Below, one piece after another: positions 29,424 through 39,289 of a DNA stretch of 64,000 bases; the first letter of the stretch is position 1, and each line of letters begins with the position of its first letter. The stretch is from Bacilli bacterium (lineage in GTDB: Bacteria > Bacillota_I > Bacilli_A > RFN20 > CAG-826). A program made the translations under genes and the position numbers. The DNA lies in the NCBI GenBank assembly GCA_045628045.1, contig JAZQOV010000002.1, positions 96,001 to 160,000 of the forward strand, read 5' to 3'. Below the pieces are notes generated by a model. It ran no database searches and had not been told where the DNA came from. It worked only from the letters and a program-made list of their open reading frames with translations.

Positions 29424-30226
29424 AAACAATCAGTGAACTTGTAAAAGATAAAATAAATCTTTTTAATATGAATAGAGTTGAGGCAGAGAGCTATGTTTGC
29501 CAAGAAATTATAATCAATAAAATTGCCAAATCTGAGCTTGTTGATAGAACATTCCTAAAGGGTGGTGTTGTGTTGTTTAACATGTCAAAGAATGAACGCC
29601 GCACAACAAGAGATATTGATTTTGATTTAGCACACTACGATATATCCACAGAAGAATCTATGAAAAACTTGGTTTACATGTTAAATAAAAGAGACTCTGA
29701 ATACGTTGTTACCTACATTAAAAGTGATCAGCTACATCAAGACGATTATAAAGGCAGAAGACTTTATCTCAAAGTGTCTGATAAAAGTGCTACATTAAAA
29801 ATTACGATTGATGTGGGTGTTCACACTTTATTTGCAATTAATCAACTTGATTCAATTTTTACATTTAATAATGACAATAACAAAGTAGTGGTTAAAGTGA
29901 ACCCACCTGAGCAAATGATAGCAGAGAAACTTTATTCTTTAGCAAAACACACTATAGTGTCACAAAGATATCGTGATCTTTATGATGTATATTACCTTCT
30001 AAAGAACACTAAAGTTGAAAAGAAGGTAGTTCGTCAATGTTTTGAATTGCTTTTAATTAATAATATGCATGGTTTTAATGATTTGAGTGATGTTATCTCT
30101 AGAATTGATGAAACCCTCTCAAATGAAGTGTTTAAAGAAAGAACTGAAAATGCTTCTAAGAAATGGATTGATATTGACTATCTTACTTTAAAAGAAACAA
30201 TTCTCAATTTGTTATATAACATCTAA
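29420..30226 (+). CDS. abiEii: Type IV TA toxin AbiEii nucleotidyltransferase
   Basis: LKGG, RRTTRDIDF, IAEKL, RYRDLYD. Confidence 0.9.
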   Translation: MKTISELVKDKINLFNMNRVEAESYVCQEIIINKIAKSELVDRTFLKGGVVLFNMSKNERRTTRDIDFDLAHYDISTEESMKNLVYMLNKRDSEYVVTYIKSDQLHQDDYKGRRLYLKVSDKSATLKITIDVGVHTLFAINQLDSIFTFNNDNNKVVVKVNPPEQMIAEKLYSLAKHTIVSQRYRDLYDVYYLLKNTKVEKKVVRQCFELLLINNMHGFNDLSDVISRIDETLSNEVFKERTENASKKWIDIDYLTLKETILNLLYNI

Positions 30227-30233
30227 TAACTTT

Positions 30234-30347
30234 AAAGATAACACCTCTTAAGCATTGAACGTAAGTTATAAGTGAAATGCTAAGGTGTTTTCTTTTATCT
30301 CTTTTCTTGATAGAGAAGCGTAGCAATTTCTCGTATGACAAGAAAAG
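30234..30347 (+). repeat. Repeat A copy 3 plus module B
   Basis: Near-identical to copy 2, a few nt after the abiEii stop. Confidence 0.92.
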
Positions 30348-30615
30348 CCTCAATTTAATATATAGAAATTTATTTACTTAATGAAGACGTTTGTTAATGT
30401 AAGTATAGAGTTCACCCATGATAGTTAATGACTTCGCCTAGTGGGAACTTTTTTATTTACTATTTAGTTTTTTCAAATATAATGTAAATAGCAGGACATG
30501 AGCGAATTAAGTTTCGAGGGGCCTGCTTTTAATTTACTTTATTTCCGATATTTTCCGTTTTTTGTCTGTTTTTGAAAGAGAAACATTAGCAAATTCTCGT
30601 ATAACAAAAAAGATG

Positions 30616-31425
30616 TTAAATTTTGATTCCTGAAATGTCTAAGAAATTATCGATTGAGAATCCTGGCATGTAATTACATGTGGATATGTCCGTTCCAAGT
30701 TTGTTAAACGACTCCCCAAAATGATATGCCTTATCATCAACAAACAAATATCTATCGTGAAACTTATCAACCTTTATTACCTTATATTTGTCTGATTCAA
30801 ATGATTCGTTCTTTGGATGAGTAATTACCACAACCTTTGCTGGGCTGTGTAATAAAATTTCATCAAATGTGTGATCAAAATAGTTATCAATGATTACTAT
30901 TAATTTTTTAGCACTTTTCAATATTTCTTCTAACATAAACAAGGCATCAATACGATTGGCTTCTTTTAGTGTTAAGGATTTGTTTTGGAAATCTTTAATT
31001 TCGTAAATTTGATTTTGAAGATCAATAATTTTTTCTTTGCATTCTAAGCAAGAAAAGTTGGGTTTTGCAAAAATGTATTGTTTTAAAACATAATTTGCCC
31101 ATTGTCTAAATAACGTTCCTCTCTTTCCGTTCACTCTATAGCCCACAGATAAGATAACATCCAGGTTATAAAGGTCAATTTCTCTAGAGACGTTTCTTTC
31201 ACCTTCTAATTGAACAGTTGCATTTTTTGCAACAGTTGAAATTCTTAATAGTTCGTTGCTGTTATAAATATTATTTATGTGTCTAGAAATTGTTGATTTA
31301 TTCTTTTCGAAAAGAGCAGCAATATCATTCAATGAAAGCCATACAGTATCTTCCGTTGGAGAAACATTAACTGGCAATGAAAAGTCTCCATCTTTGAATG
31401 TTAAGATTTCAAATTTTTTGTCCAT
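30616..31425 (-). CDS. RhuM/virulence-family DNA-binding protein with PLD-like C-terminal domain
   Basis: TVWLS...IA.LF..TISRHI.NI, YNLDVILSVGYRV..RG..FRQWA; IIDNY..FHDRYL..YHFGES. Confidence 0.8.
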   Translation of the reverse strand: MDKKFEILTFKDGDFSLPVNVSPTEDTVWLSLNDIAALFEKNKSTISRHINNIYNSNELLRISTVAKNATVQLEGERNVSREIDLYNLDVILSVGYRVNGKRGTLFRQWANYVLKQYIFAKPNFSCLECKEKIIDLQNQIYEIKDFQNKSLTLKEANRIDALFMLEEILKSAKKLIVIIDNYFDHTFDEILLHSPAKVVVITHPKNESFESDKYKVIKVDKFHDRYLFVDDKAYHFGESFNKLGTDISTCNYMPGFSIDNFLDISGIKI

Positions 31426-31598
31426 TTTAGGTTCCTCCTTATATTAAAAATAACAATCTTTTAATCGAACAAGATTGATGCGGTTTTTGCATCTGTGTAA
31501 ATTATAATATGCACGCATTGAAAAGACAAGCATAAATTGAAAATATTTTATTTATTTTTTGCATAATGTTAAAATGATGCAGTAAGGGGAAAATAGGT

Positions 31599-31931
31599 AT
31601 GGATAAATTAGAGGAAGAAATTTCAGAACGTATTAAAGAAATGATGGAAAAGCGTAAGGTCACTCAAAGTGATCTTGCTAGTGAGCTTGGAGTGCACCAA
31701 TATGACATTTCACGCATGTTAAACGGCAAGCCTTTTCCATCTATTTCTCAATTAAAATTGATAGCGAACTATCTTGATTGTTCTTTGTATTATCTAATTG
31801 GAATACAAGAAGAATCATATCGTGAGCTATCACCTGAAACTAGAAAGATAGCTAATGCATATCAATGCGCTAATGAAACCATTAAAGCAGTAGTAGATCT
31901 GGTACTCACAAATAAAAAGATAAGTAAATAA
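31599..31931 (+). CDS. XRE-family transcriptional regulator
   Basis: TQSDLA..LGV....ISR..NG..PS...L..IA..L. Confidence 0.9.
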   Translation: MDKLEEEISERIKEMMEKRKVTQSDLASELGVHQYDISRMLNGKPFPSISQLKLIANYLDCSLYYLIGIQEESYRELSPETRKIANAYQCANETIKAVVDLVLTNKKISK

Positions 31932-31932
31932 A

Positions 31933-31996
31933 AAAGATAACACCTGATTAAGCATTGAACGTAATTTATAAGTGAAATGCTAAGGTGTTTTCTTTT
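31933..31996 (+). repeat. Repeat A copy 4
   Basis: Immediately after the HTH stop; CACCTGATTAAGCATT variant. Confidence 0.92.
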
Positions 31997-32053
31997 GCTA
32001 TATATGATAAAAGTTATAATATATTTATAATTTAGTAAAGGCACTTTATTAAT

Positions 32054-33238
32054 ATGGTTAATTTAATTAGAAGAATATTTATTAAGAATTACAAAGACAT
32101 TAATGATCCTATTGTACGTGAGAAGCACGGCACAGTAGCATCAATATTTGGAATGGTAATGAATGTTATCTTATTTGCGATTAAATTTGTTATTGGTTTA
32201 ATTGCTTCATCAATGTCAATTATTTCTGATGCTTTAAATAACTTAACAGACCTTTTTAGCAACATCGCTAGTCTGGTTGGTTTTAAAATTGCAAATAAAC
32301 CTGCAGATAAAAAACATCCTTATGGTCATGAAAGAGTGGAATACATTACTGGAATGATAATTTCATTCATCATCATTGCTGTTGGTATTGTGCTTGGATA
32401 CACTGCAGTGAACAAATTAATCACCAAAGATGTCGTAACTACATTCTCTATTTGGTCATTTGTCATTCTTGGCGTATCAATATTTGGCAAGATCTTGCTT
32501 GGATTATTTAACAAAGGAATGGGAAAAGCAATTAACTCAGTTTCTTTAAAAGCAAGTATGCAAGATTCATTTAATGACGCAATATCGACATCACTTGTTT
32601 TAATTGCCGCTATTATTTCCTACTTTGTAGGTGAATCAGTGTGGTGGCTTGATCCTGTTATATCAATAGCAATTGGTGGTTTTATTGTTTATTCGGGAAT
32701 TAAGCTCGTTTTTGAAACAGCTTCTCCATTAATTGGACTTTCTCCAGACACTGACTTTGTTAAAGCGGTGGTGAATGATGTACTTTCATTTAAAGGAGCA
32801 CTTGGAATTCATGATATCGTGTGTCACTCATATGGCCCTACTAAGAAGTTCATAACACTTCATGTCGAGGTTGATGGATATGAAGATGTTATGAAACTTC
32901 ACGATATGATTGATAACATTGAAGAATGCATCGCTAAAAAATATAACTGTGAAATCACAATTCACATGGATCCAATAGACACTAAAAATAAAGAAATCCC
33001 TGTTTTAAAAGAAAAAATAGAAGATATTCTTAAACATATCTCACAGGAGATAACATTCCATGACTTACGCCTTGTGAATGGCCCAAGTCACACGAATGTG
33101 TTATTTGATATCGTTATACCTCCGGTTAAAGACATTAATAAAGATGAAGTCATTAATGCTTTAATTAAAGGCGTTAAAGAAATAAACCCTAAATATAACT
33201 TAGTGATTAAAGTAGATAACTCATACACCCATGGATAA
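32054..33238 (+). CDS. Cation diffusion facilitator transporter
   Basis: SDALNNLTD, PADKKHPYGHERVEY, HD...YG, HVEV, IHMDP. Confidence 0.93.
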   Translation: MVNLIRRIFIKNYKDINDPIVREKHGTVASIFGMVMNVILFAIKFVIGLIASSMSIISDALNNLTDLFSNIASLVGFKIANKPADKKHPYGHERVEYITGMIISFIIIAVGIVLGYTAVNKLITKDVVTTFSIWSFVILGVSIFGKILLGLFNKGMGKAINSVSLKASMQDSFNDAISTSLVLIAAIISYFVGESVWWLDPVISIAIGGFIVYSGIKLVFETASPLIGLSPDTDFVKAVVNDVLSFKGALGIHDIVCHSYGPTKKFITLHVEVDGYEDVMKLHDMIDNIEECIAKKYNCEITIHMDPIDTKNKEIPVLKEKIEDILKHISQEITFHDLRLVNGPSHTNVLFDIVIPPVKDINKDEVINALIKGVKEINPKYNLVIKVDNSYTHG

Positions 33239-33239
33239 C

Positions 33240-33352
33240 AAGAAAACACCTCTAAAGCATTAAACAAAATTCATAAGTGAAATGCTAGGTGTTTTCTTTT
33301 ATCTTTTTTCTTGATAGAGAAGCGTAGCAAGTTCTCGTAGATCGAGAAAAGC
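33240..33352 (+). repeat. Repeat A copy 5 plus module B
   Basis: AGAAAACACCTCTAAAGCATT...AATGCTAGGTGTTTTCT right after the CDF stop. Confidence 0.9.
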
Positions 33353-33560
33353 CGACATTTAGTAGCCTTATATAGGGAATATTTCAAAATAACTTGTTGT
33401 TATAGGTTTTTTCCTATATTCAACATCATGTTTTGTTATTTTATTTTTTTCTTATTGGAACGAACAATATAGGTGAGGAAGGGAAGTAAAATGTTGTTAG
33501 ACTTCTCGTGAAGAATTGCTTCTCTCTCCTCACTTAAAAAAGAAAGGAAAATAACAATAA

Positions 33561-33977
33561 ATGAAATTCTTAAGATGTAAGAAATGTGGTCAGATCGTCG
33601 GTGTTGTAAAAGACACGGGGGTCCCAGTTATTTGCTGTGGTGAGACAATGGAAGAACTCATCCCTCATGTTGATGAAAAGGGATTAAGTGAGAAACACAT
33701 TCCAGTGTACGCAGTAAAGAAAGGCAAATGCATCGCCAAAATAGGTATGATCCCTCACCCAATGACAGATGATCACTATATTGAATGGGTCGCACTCGTC
33801 ACAAACAAGGGGAACCAAAGAAAAGAACTTGAACCTGGTAAATCCCCTCGCGCAGAATTTTCTCTCGATGAAGACGAGGTTGTAGAGGAAATCTACGCGT
33901 ATTGCAATCTCCATCAGCTTTGGAAACTTGATTTAAAGAAAAACAAAGACTGTGGATGCAATATCAAAACAAAATAG
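33561..33977 (+). CDS. dfx: Desulfoferrodoxin / superoxide reductase
   Basis: CKKCG..CCG, EKH.P, HPM...HYIEW, YCNLH. Confidence 0.93.
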   Translation: MKFLRCKKCGQIVGVVKDTGVPVICCGETMEELIPHVDEKGLSEKHIPVYAVKKGKCIAKIGMIPHPMTDDHYIEWVALVTNKGNQRKELEPGKSPRAEFSLDEDEVVEEIYAYCNLHQLWKLDLKKNKDCGCNIKTK

Positions 33978-34153
33978 TTCAAGTTTTATATACATAGATT
34001 TTCTCTCCTTAAGTGAACCGTTCCTCTTATCTATTACCCTCGTAGGAGGACGGTTCACCTAGGAGATAAGTGGTGAAAACTAACCAGAGTGAACGTACAT
34101 CGTAGTGAACTCACATACTTCACCACCTGACAAAAAGGAAAGGAAGATAACTC

Positions 34154-35188
34154 ATGAAAAGAAACGTAATTAAAGCATTAGTATATGACTCCAAAGGATT
34201 CGTTGAAGAATTTTTCGAGATTGCTAACAAAGGAAGAATTAAGTTTAGTTACACTAGTGATAAGCTCAATGCTAACACTGTTAAAACAGCAGAAAGCTAC
34301 GACACGATTGTGGCATTTGTTAACGACACTATAGACAAAAGCGTAATAGACGCACTAGTAAAACAAGGAAAGAAAGCAATCTTCTTGAGAAGCAGCGGAT
34401 TTAATAATGTTGATCTTAATTACATTGATGGGAAATTTAAAGTATTTAGAGTTCCTGCCTATTCACCAGAAGCAGTAGCGGAACACGCCTTTGCGCTAAT
34501 ACAAACTTCAAATAGAAGGATACATAAAGCTTATATTAGAACTAGAGAGTTCAATTTCTCCTTAGACGGGTTGATAGGGAATAATCTAAATAATAAAACC
34601 ATCGGAATTATTGGAACTGGGAAAATAGGGCGAGTCATGATTGATATCGCTAATGGATATAAAATGAATGTAATTGCCTATGATCCATACCCAGTTCCTG
34701 ATCCAACTAACCTTAGTTACGTTTCTCTTCCTGAGTTACTTTCTAGAAGTGACATTATTTCACTACATTGTCCTTTAATTAGTGACACCAAGTACTTGTT
34801 AAATAAGGAAACCTTAGCGCTCACTAAGAAAGGCGTAATGATTGTGAACACTTCTAGAGGAGGCCTTATTGATTCTAGAGCGCTCCTAGATGCGATCAAA
34901 TCTCGTCATGTTTCGAGTGCATGTTTAGATGTCTACGAAGAAGAAACAAATATCTTTTTTGAAGATAAGTCAAATCACATTCTAGATGATGAAGTACTGA
35001 GAGATTTAATTTCCATGCCAAATGTGATTGTAACTTCTCATCAAGGCTTCCTAACTCATGAAGCTTTAGAAAATATTGCTAACACTGTTATTAGTAACAT
35101 CATCAGTTTCTTTGATGGTACCCCTAGAACTGAAAATGAAGTTATTTTAAGTGGTAGTAGCAAACAAAATGAAAGGAAATCAAAATGA
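34154..35188 (+). CDS. ldhA: D-lactate / D-2-hydroxyacid dehydrogenase
   Basis: RVPAYSP.AVAEH, GTGKIG, SLHCPL, NTSRGGL, LDVYEEE, TSHQ. Confidence 0.9.
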   Translation: MKRNVIKALVYDSKGFVEEFFEIANKGRIKFSYTSDKLNANTVKTAESYDTIVAFVNDTIDKSVIDALVKQGKKAIFLRSSGFNNVDLNYIDGKFKVFRVPAYSPEAVAEHAFALIQTSNRRIHKAYIRTREFNFSLDGLIGNNLNNKTIGIIGTGKIGRVMIDIANGYKMNVIAYDPYPVPDPTNLSYVSLPELLSRSDIISLHCPLISDTKYLLNKETLALTKKGVMIVNTSRGGLIDSRALLDAIKSRHVSSACLDVYEEETNIFFEDKSNHILDDEVLRDLISMPNVIVTSHQGFLTHEALENIANTVISNIISFFDGTPRTENEVILSGSSKQNERKSK

Positions 35189-35427
35189 GTAAAAGACAAA
35201 GAGCAAGGTATTTTAGATTTATGGGGTTTGTAACATGCATTGTATCAATCGCTATGATTGTTGGTCTTGTGATCACCATTGTTGGTCAATTCAAAGATGC
35301 TGTAAAAGCATGGCCAATCATCGCTAACTTCTTAAATATCTTAGCAGTACTTGGAGTAGGCTTAGGACTTACTAACTTATTCTATTCTCATGCTTGTGTA
35401 TTAGATGATGAATACTGTGCTAGATAA
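35185..35427 (+). CDS. Small 2-TM membrane protein
   Basis: 80 aa, RBS GAAAGGAAA; resembles the ORFs at 24707 and 24944. Confidence 0.7.
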   Translation: MSKRQRARYFRFMGFVTCIVSIAMIVGLVITIVGQFKDAVKAWPIIANFLNILAVLGVGLGLTNLFYSHACVLDDEYCAR

Positions 35428-35474
35428 TTACCTATGTGATCCAGATGAAGATTCACATGAATTAGATTATTAAT

Positions 35475-35587
35475 AAAGAGAACACCTCTTCAGCATTGAA
35501 CGTAATTTATAAGTGAAATGCTAGGTGTTTTCTTTTATCTCCTTTCTTGATAGAGAAGTGTTGCAAGTTCTCGTATAGCAAGAAAAG
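35475..35587 (+). repeat. Repeat A copy 6 plus module B
   Basis: AAAGAGAACACCTCTTCAGCATTGAACGTAATTTATAAGTGAAATGCTAGGTGTTTTC. Confidence 0.92.
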
Positions 35588-35609
35588 TGCCGCTGGAATA
35601 GGGTATATA

Positions 35610-35663
35610 TGAGACTATTGATATACGTCTCAATGTGAAGTCTATTTAGTCATACGACTTCAC
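35610..35663. repeat. Hairpin modules D and E
   Basis: GAGAC..GTCTC and GTGAAGTC..GACTTCAC; related copies near 37838, 42520 and 45910. Confidence 0.8.
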
Positions 35664-35723
35664 TTGTATATTGTTGAGAATTATAGAATAAAAGGTAGAA
35701 TATAGGTAGAAAAGAGGCTGCTT

Positions 35724-37673
35724 ATGATAATATCGAATGAACTTATTAAATCTTATATAGAAATTATTAACAATCACAAAAGTAAAGTTGAGAGCATTGC
35801 AAACATGTTTGCTTCAAGTTCGTCTGAATTTAAGACTTTATTGCAAGAATATAACGATATTTGCAAACCCGATCCAAATTTTATTAATTTTAATTTTGAA
35901 AGATATCTTATTTTTTCTGAAAAAGTAAAAGATTTCAGTAAATATGTTTTAAACTTAAGTACATTTAATGAGATTATTGGTAGACTTGCTGAAACTGATC
36001 TTAGTAATGCTTATTACAAATTGATTAAGCATTTCATTGAAACTTTAAAATCTAATGATTTTGATTACTGTTATGAGAATTCACTTAATTATAAAGCAGC
36101 TTCTGACACTGTCACAAAATTAAATTGCATACTTAATTCTTTTAACAATAATATGACCGATTTTATTACCAATAATCAGAAAAATTTAGAACCAATATTT
36201 CTTTTTTACGATTTAAAAGAAATCAAAAACAATATAACTTTAATTGGAACTAATGGTTCTGGAAAAAGTAGGTTTTCTAGACAATTGTTAACGTTTAGTG
36301 ACAATCCAAATTTCGTTGTTATTGCCGCCCAACATTTTTTGGGTTTTGAATTAGATGGAAAAGTAGATTTGAATGCTGGTGGAATTAATTTAGATGGTTA
36401 TCAGAAAAGTGACAAGCTTAGCGTTAGTGCAAGCGATCAATTCTATCAAAAAGAATTTGGCGTTTTAATGAACAAACTGAGAAGCGAACATATTAGAGAA
36501 AGGTATACAAAAGGGGTCGTATCAACAATTTTTAACAAAGTTAAAGAATTGTTTCATGAGTTAATACCAGCAAGAGAAATAGAATATGATTTTGACACTT
36601 CGAAGTTTTATGCTGTCCCACCCAATGGTATTAAATATGATGTTAATAATATGAGTGATGGTGAAAAAAGCATTCTATTTTATATTCTTCATATTATATT
36701 TTCTGATGAGCATTCCTTTATAATTGTTGATGAACCTGAAAATCATCTTCATTCAGATATTTGCACAAGATTGTGGGATAAACTTGAAGAAATCAGACCA
36801 GACTCTATTTTTATTTACCTGTCTCATAATATAGATTTTATTGCATCGCGCAAAAATTCAACGATTATTTGGAACAAAAAGTTCGATTATCCACAAAAAT
36901 GGGATTTCGAATTACTAAAAGACAATGAATTGCCAAAACAACTTTATTTAGAAATACTTGGAACAACGCCGCCTGTTTTGCTTTGCGAAGGCTGCAAGAA
37001 TTCTAAAGACATTAAAGTATATGAGGAGTTATTTAGTGACTATAAAATTAGACCATGTTCAAGTTGCAACGATGTTAAAGAATATGTAAAAACAATAAAA
37101 AGATTAGATGTTTTTAAAAATAAAACAGTGAATGGAATTATTGACTTAGATACACGAAACGAAAAAGAAGTTGAACATTGCGTTAGGGATGGAGTTTTTG
37201 TTTTGAATGTAGTTGAAATTGAAAATCTTCTTTTTGTGCCAGAATTATTAGACAAAATATTTGATAAGTATTCTAGTGATGAACAGAAAAATAATTTTTT
37301 TGATTCCTTTTATAGTAAAGCAAGTGAAGAATTGCCAAGGATGGTAAATAGAACTTTAAAAGATTATTTCGTTAAGGATGTTCAAAGCAATGATAGGGAC
37401 TCTTTTGCTGAACAGGTTAACACCAAATATAAAGCAATAAGTTTTGCTGACCAGGTAAGCGCGAAGAAAACTGAGCTTGAAAACGAATTTAGAGAGATTA
37501 TTGAAACTAGAAATTATGATTGCGCGTTAAAGAAATTCGATTTCAAAAATCAACTCTATTATATAGGCGAATCAATTATAAGAGATTATTTAGAGAAAGC
37601 GGTCGATATTCTTCACTCTGATAAGGCTTTAGCTGATTTAATAAAAGCAAAGTATATCAGAACAAATATTTAA
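35724..37673 (+). CDS. ABC-type ATPase fused to DUF4435/TOPRIM-like domain (fused PARIS/OLD-like defence protein)
   Basis: GTNGSGKS, MSDGEK, IIVDEPENHLH, SH; then LLCEG...D, GIIDLD, EIEN. Confidence 0.75.
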   Translation: MIISNELIKSYIEIINNHKSKVESIANMFASSSSEFKTLLQEYNDICKPDPNFINFNFERYLIFSEKVKDFSKYVLNLSTFNEIIGRLAETDLSNAYYKLIKHFIETLKSNDFDYCYENSLNYKAASDTVTKLNCILNSFNNNMTDFITNNQKNLEPIFLFYDLKEIKNNITLIGTNGSGKSRFSRQLLTFSDNPNFVVIAAQHFLGFELDGKVDLNAGGINLDGYQKSDKLSVSASDQFYQKEFGVLMNKLRSEHIRERYTKGVVSTIFNKVKELFHELIPAREIEYDFDTSKFYAVPPNGIKYDVNNMSDGEKSILFYILHIIFSDEHSFIIVDEPENHLHSDICTRLWDKLEEIRPDSIFIYLSHNIDFIASRKNSTIIWNKKFDYPQKWDFELLKDNELPKQLYLEILGTTPPVLLCEGCKNSKDIKVYEELFSDYKIRPCSSCNDVKEYVKTIKRLDVFKNKTVNGIIDLDTRNEKEVEHCVRDGVFVLNVVEIENLLFVPELLDKIFDKYSSDEQKNNFFDSFYSKASEELPRMVNRTLKDYFVKDVQSNDRDSFAEQVNTKYKAISFADQVSAKKTELENEFREIIETRNYDCALKKFDFKNQLYYIGESIIRDYLEKAVDILHSDKALADLIKAKYIRTNI

Positions 37674-37907
37674 TTATTAGATATTATTTCCTTTAGTGGT
37701 TAATTATATTTGATATAAATATTGGTAGAGCCTGTTATTTAAATACTTAGAGATTAAGCACCATTTACATATGGTGCTTTATTTTCTCTTTTGCAAAAGA
37801 GTCGGTAATTAATGCTATTTCATTACGTATTTATGAAGTGGCTATCTAGGTGAGATACGCCACATTGGTGAAGTCTATTTATTGCTCGTGTATCCACTAG
37901 CGAGCAA
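37669..37907 (+). repeat. Repeat F copy 1 with hairpin modules
   Basis: TAATTATTAGATATTATTTCCTTTAGTGGTTAATTATATTTGATATAAATATTGGTAGAGCCTG overlapping the upstream stop. Confidence 0.9.
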
Positions 37908-37981
37908 CAATACGAATTCACCCCACTGGGTAGGGTAATATATGGTGTTTAATGAAATGAATTATGGTGTATAATAAAGAA

Positions 37982-39136
37982 ATGACTAATTCAATTTTAA
38001 TAATTGGAAACGGCTTCGACCTAGCTTGTAACTTAAAGTCAAAATTTTCAAATTTTTTAACTGATGAAAAACTTGAACAATTACGTGCTAATCCATACTC
38101 TTGTGAAAATTTCTGGTATTTATTATCTGCATTAAAATTCAATAAAAATGCTGACAACGAAGAAAATCATATATTCCCCATTCTTGCAAAAGACGATTAT
38201 CTTTGGATGGATATTGAATCTTTGATTAAAGAAGTTTCAACTTCTAAATTACCAAGGTATTACGCACAATTTTTCAAAGAAAATAATTATTTAGCGCTTT
38301 TCACTTCCGCTTTTGTGAATAGAAATAATAATATGTTTTTGGCTAAAGATAATGAATTTTCTTACTTACGAATGTTTTTTATAAAAAGATTTCCCAATAT
38401 TTTTGAGCAAACAATCAATATAATTGATTTCTTGAAATTAGAATTAGAAAAATTTGAAAGAACATTTGCTGCATATTTAATTGAGTCAATTAGAACAACT
38501 GATAATTATTACGAAAAAGCATATGAACTTTTTGGTTTTTTGGGTTGCACTGGAGTGAATCCTGATTTTTTGATTGATTTTAATTACACACACGATGACG
38601 AAAAATTTAATGAATTATTTGGAAACGATAATAGAATTTTTATTCATGGTTCGGTTAAAAATAAGCCTATTATCGGATTCGATTCTTCTAATATTTCTAG
38701 TGATGCACCCGTGTTATTGAGTAAAGCATGGCAGAAAATGTCATCAAATATTAGTGGTGTAAAGCTGCCACAATTTGACGAAGAATTTGAGATTAAATTT
38801 TTCGGTCATTCACTTGGTGAACAAGATTACTCATATTTTCATGCATTATTTGATCGCTATGATATTTATAATAAAAAGGTTTCTCTCTGTTTTATCTATA
38901 GCCGATATAAGGATGATGAAAAAGAGAATGATGAAATAACAAAAACATATTGTAATGATGTTTATAAATTATTAAATGATTATGCATTGAGAAGTGGAAA
39001 AGAAAGTAATTACAGAACATTAATTAGTAGATTACAAATAGAAAACAGGTTACACATTTATGAATTAAAAGAGTATGTAAAAAGTCATTCTTTTTCCGAA
39101 CAATTCAAAGAAATAAAAGCAAAAGGAAATGAATAA
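37982..39136 (+). CDS. AbiH-family abortive infection protein
   Basis: IIGNGFDL, W.DIE, FNYT, IHG, GHSL..D..YF. Confidence 0.85.
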   Translation: MTNSILIIGNGFDLACNLKSKFSNFLTDEKLEQLRANPYSCENFWYLLSALKFNKNADNEENHIFPILAKDDYLWMDIESLIKEVSTSKLPRYYAQFFKENNYLALFTSAFVNRNNNMFLAKDNEFSYLRMFFIKRFPNIFEQTINIIDFLKLELEKFERTFAAYLIESIRTTDNYYEKAYELFGFLGCTGVNPDFLIDFNYTHDDEKFNELFGNDNRIFIHGSVKNKPIIGFDSSNISSDAPVLLSKAWQKMSSNISGVKLPQFDEEFEIKFFGHSLGEQDYSYFHALFDRYDIYNKKVSLCFIYSRYKDDEKENDEITKTYCNDVYKLLNDYALRSGKESNYRTLISRLQIENRLHIYELKEYVKSHSFSEQFKEIKAKGNE

Positions 39137-39242
39137 AGACACTATGAATCGCCTAATAGATTTAATTGATTTAGATAAATATAATGATGAACCTGAGTAT
39201 AAGGCTACTTTAGAGGAATTCTTTTCTTCTTTAGATGATTAA
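39129..39242 (+). CDS. Putative 37-aa acidic peptide
   Basis: AAAGGA RBS, ATG overlaps the end of abiH; MNKDTMNRLIDLIDLDKYNDEPEYKATLEEFFSSLDD. Confidence 0.4.
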   Translation: MNKDTMNRLIDLIDLDKYNDEPEYKATLEEFFSSLDD

Positions 39243-39289
39243 TACTTTTTGAAATATTAAATATAATTAACTTCTAATTTATATCTATT

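Noticed and set aside
27622-35587. Repeat A series as a CRISPR array
   Set aside because: Spacing is 1-2 kb with whole genes between copies, repeats are about 62 nt, and no cas genes are present
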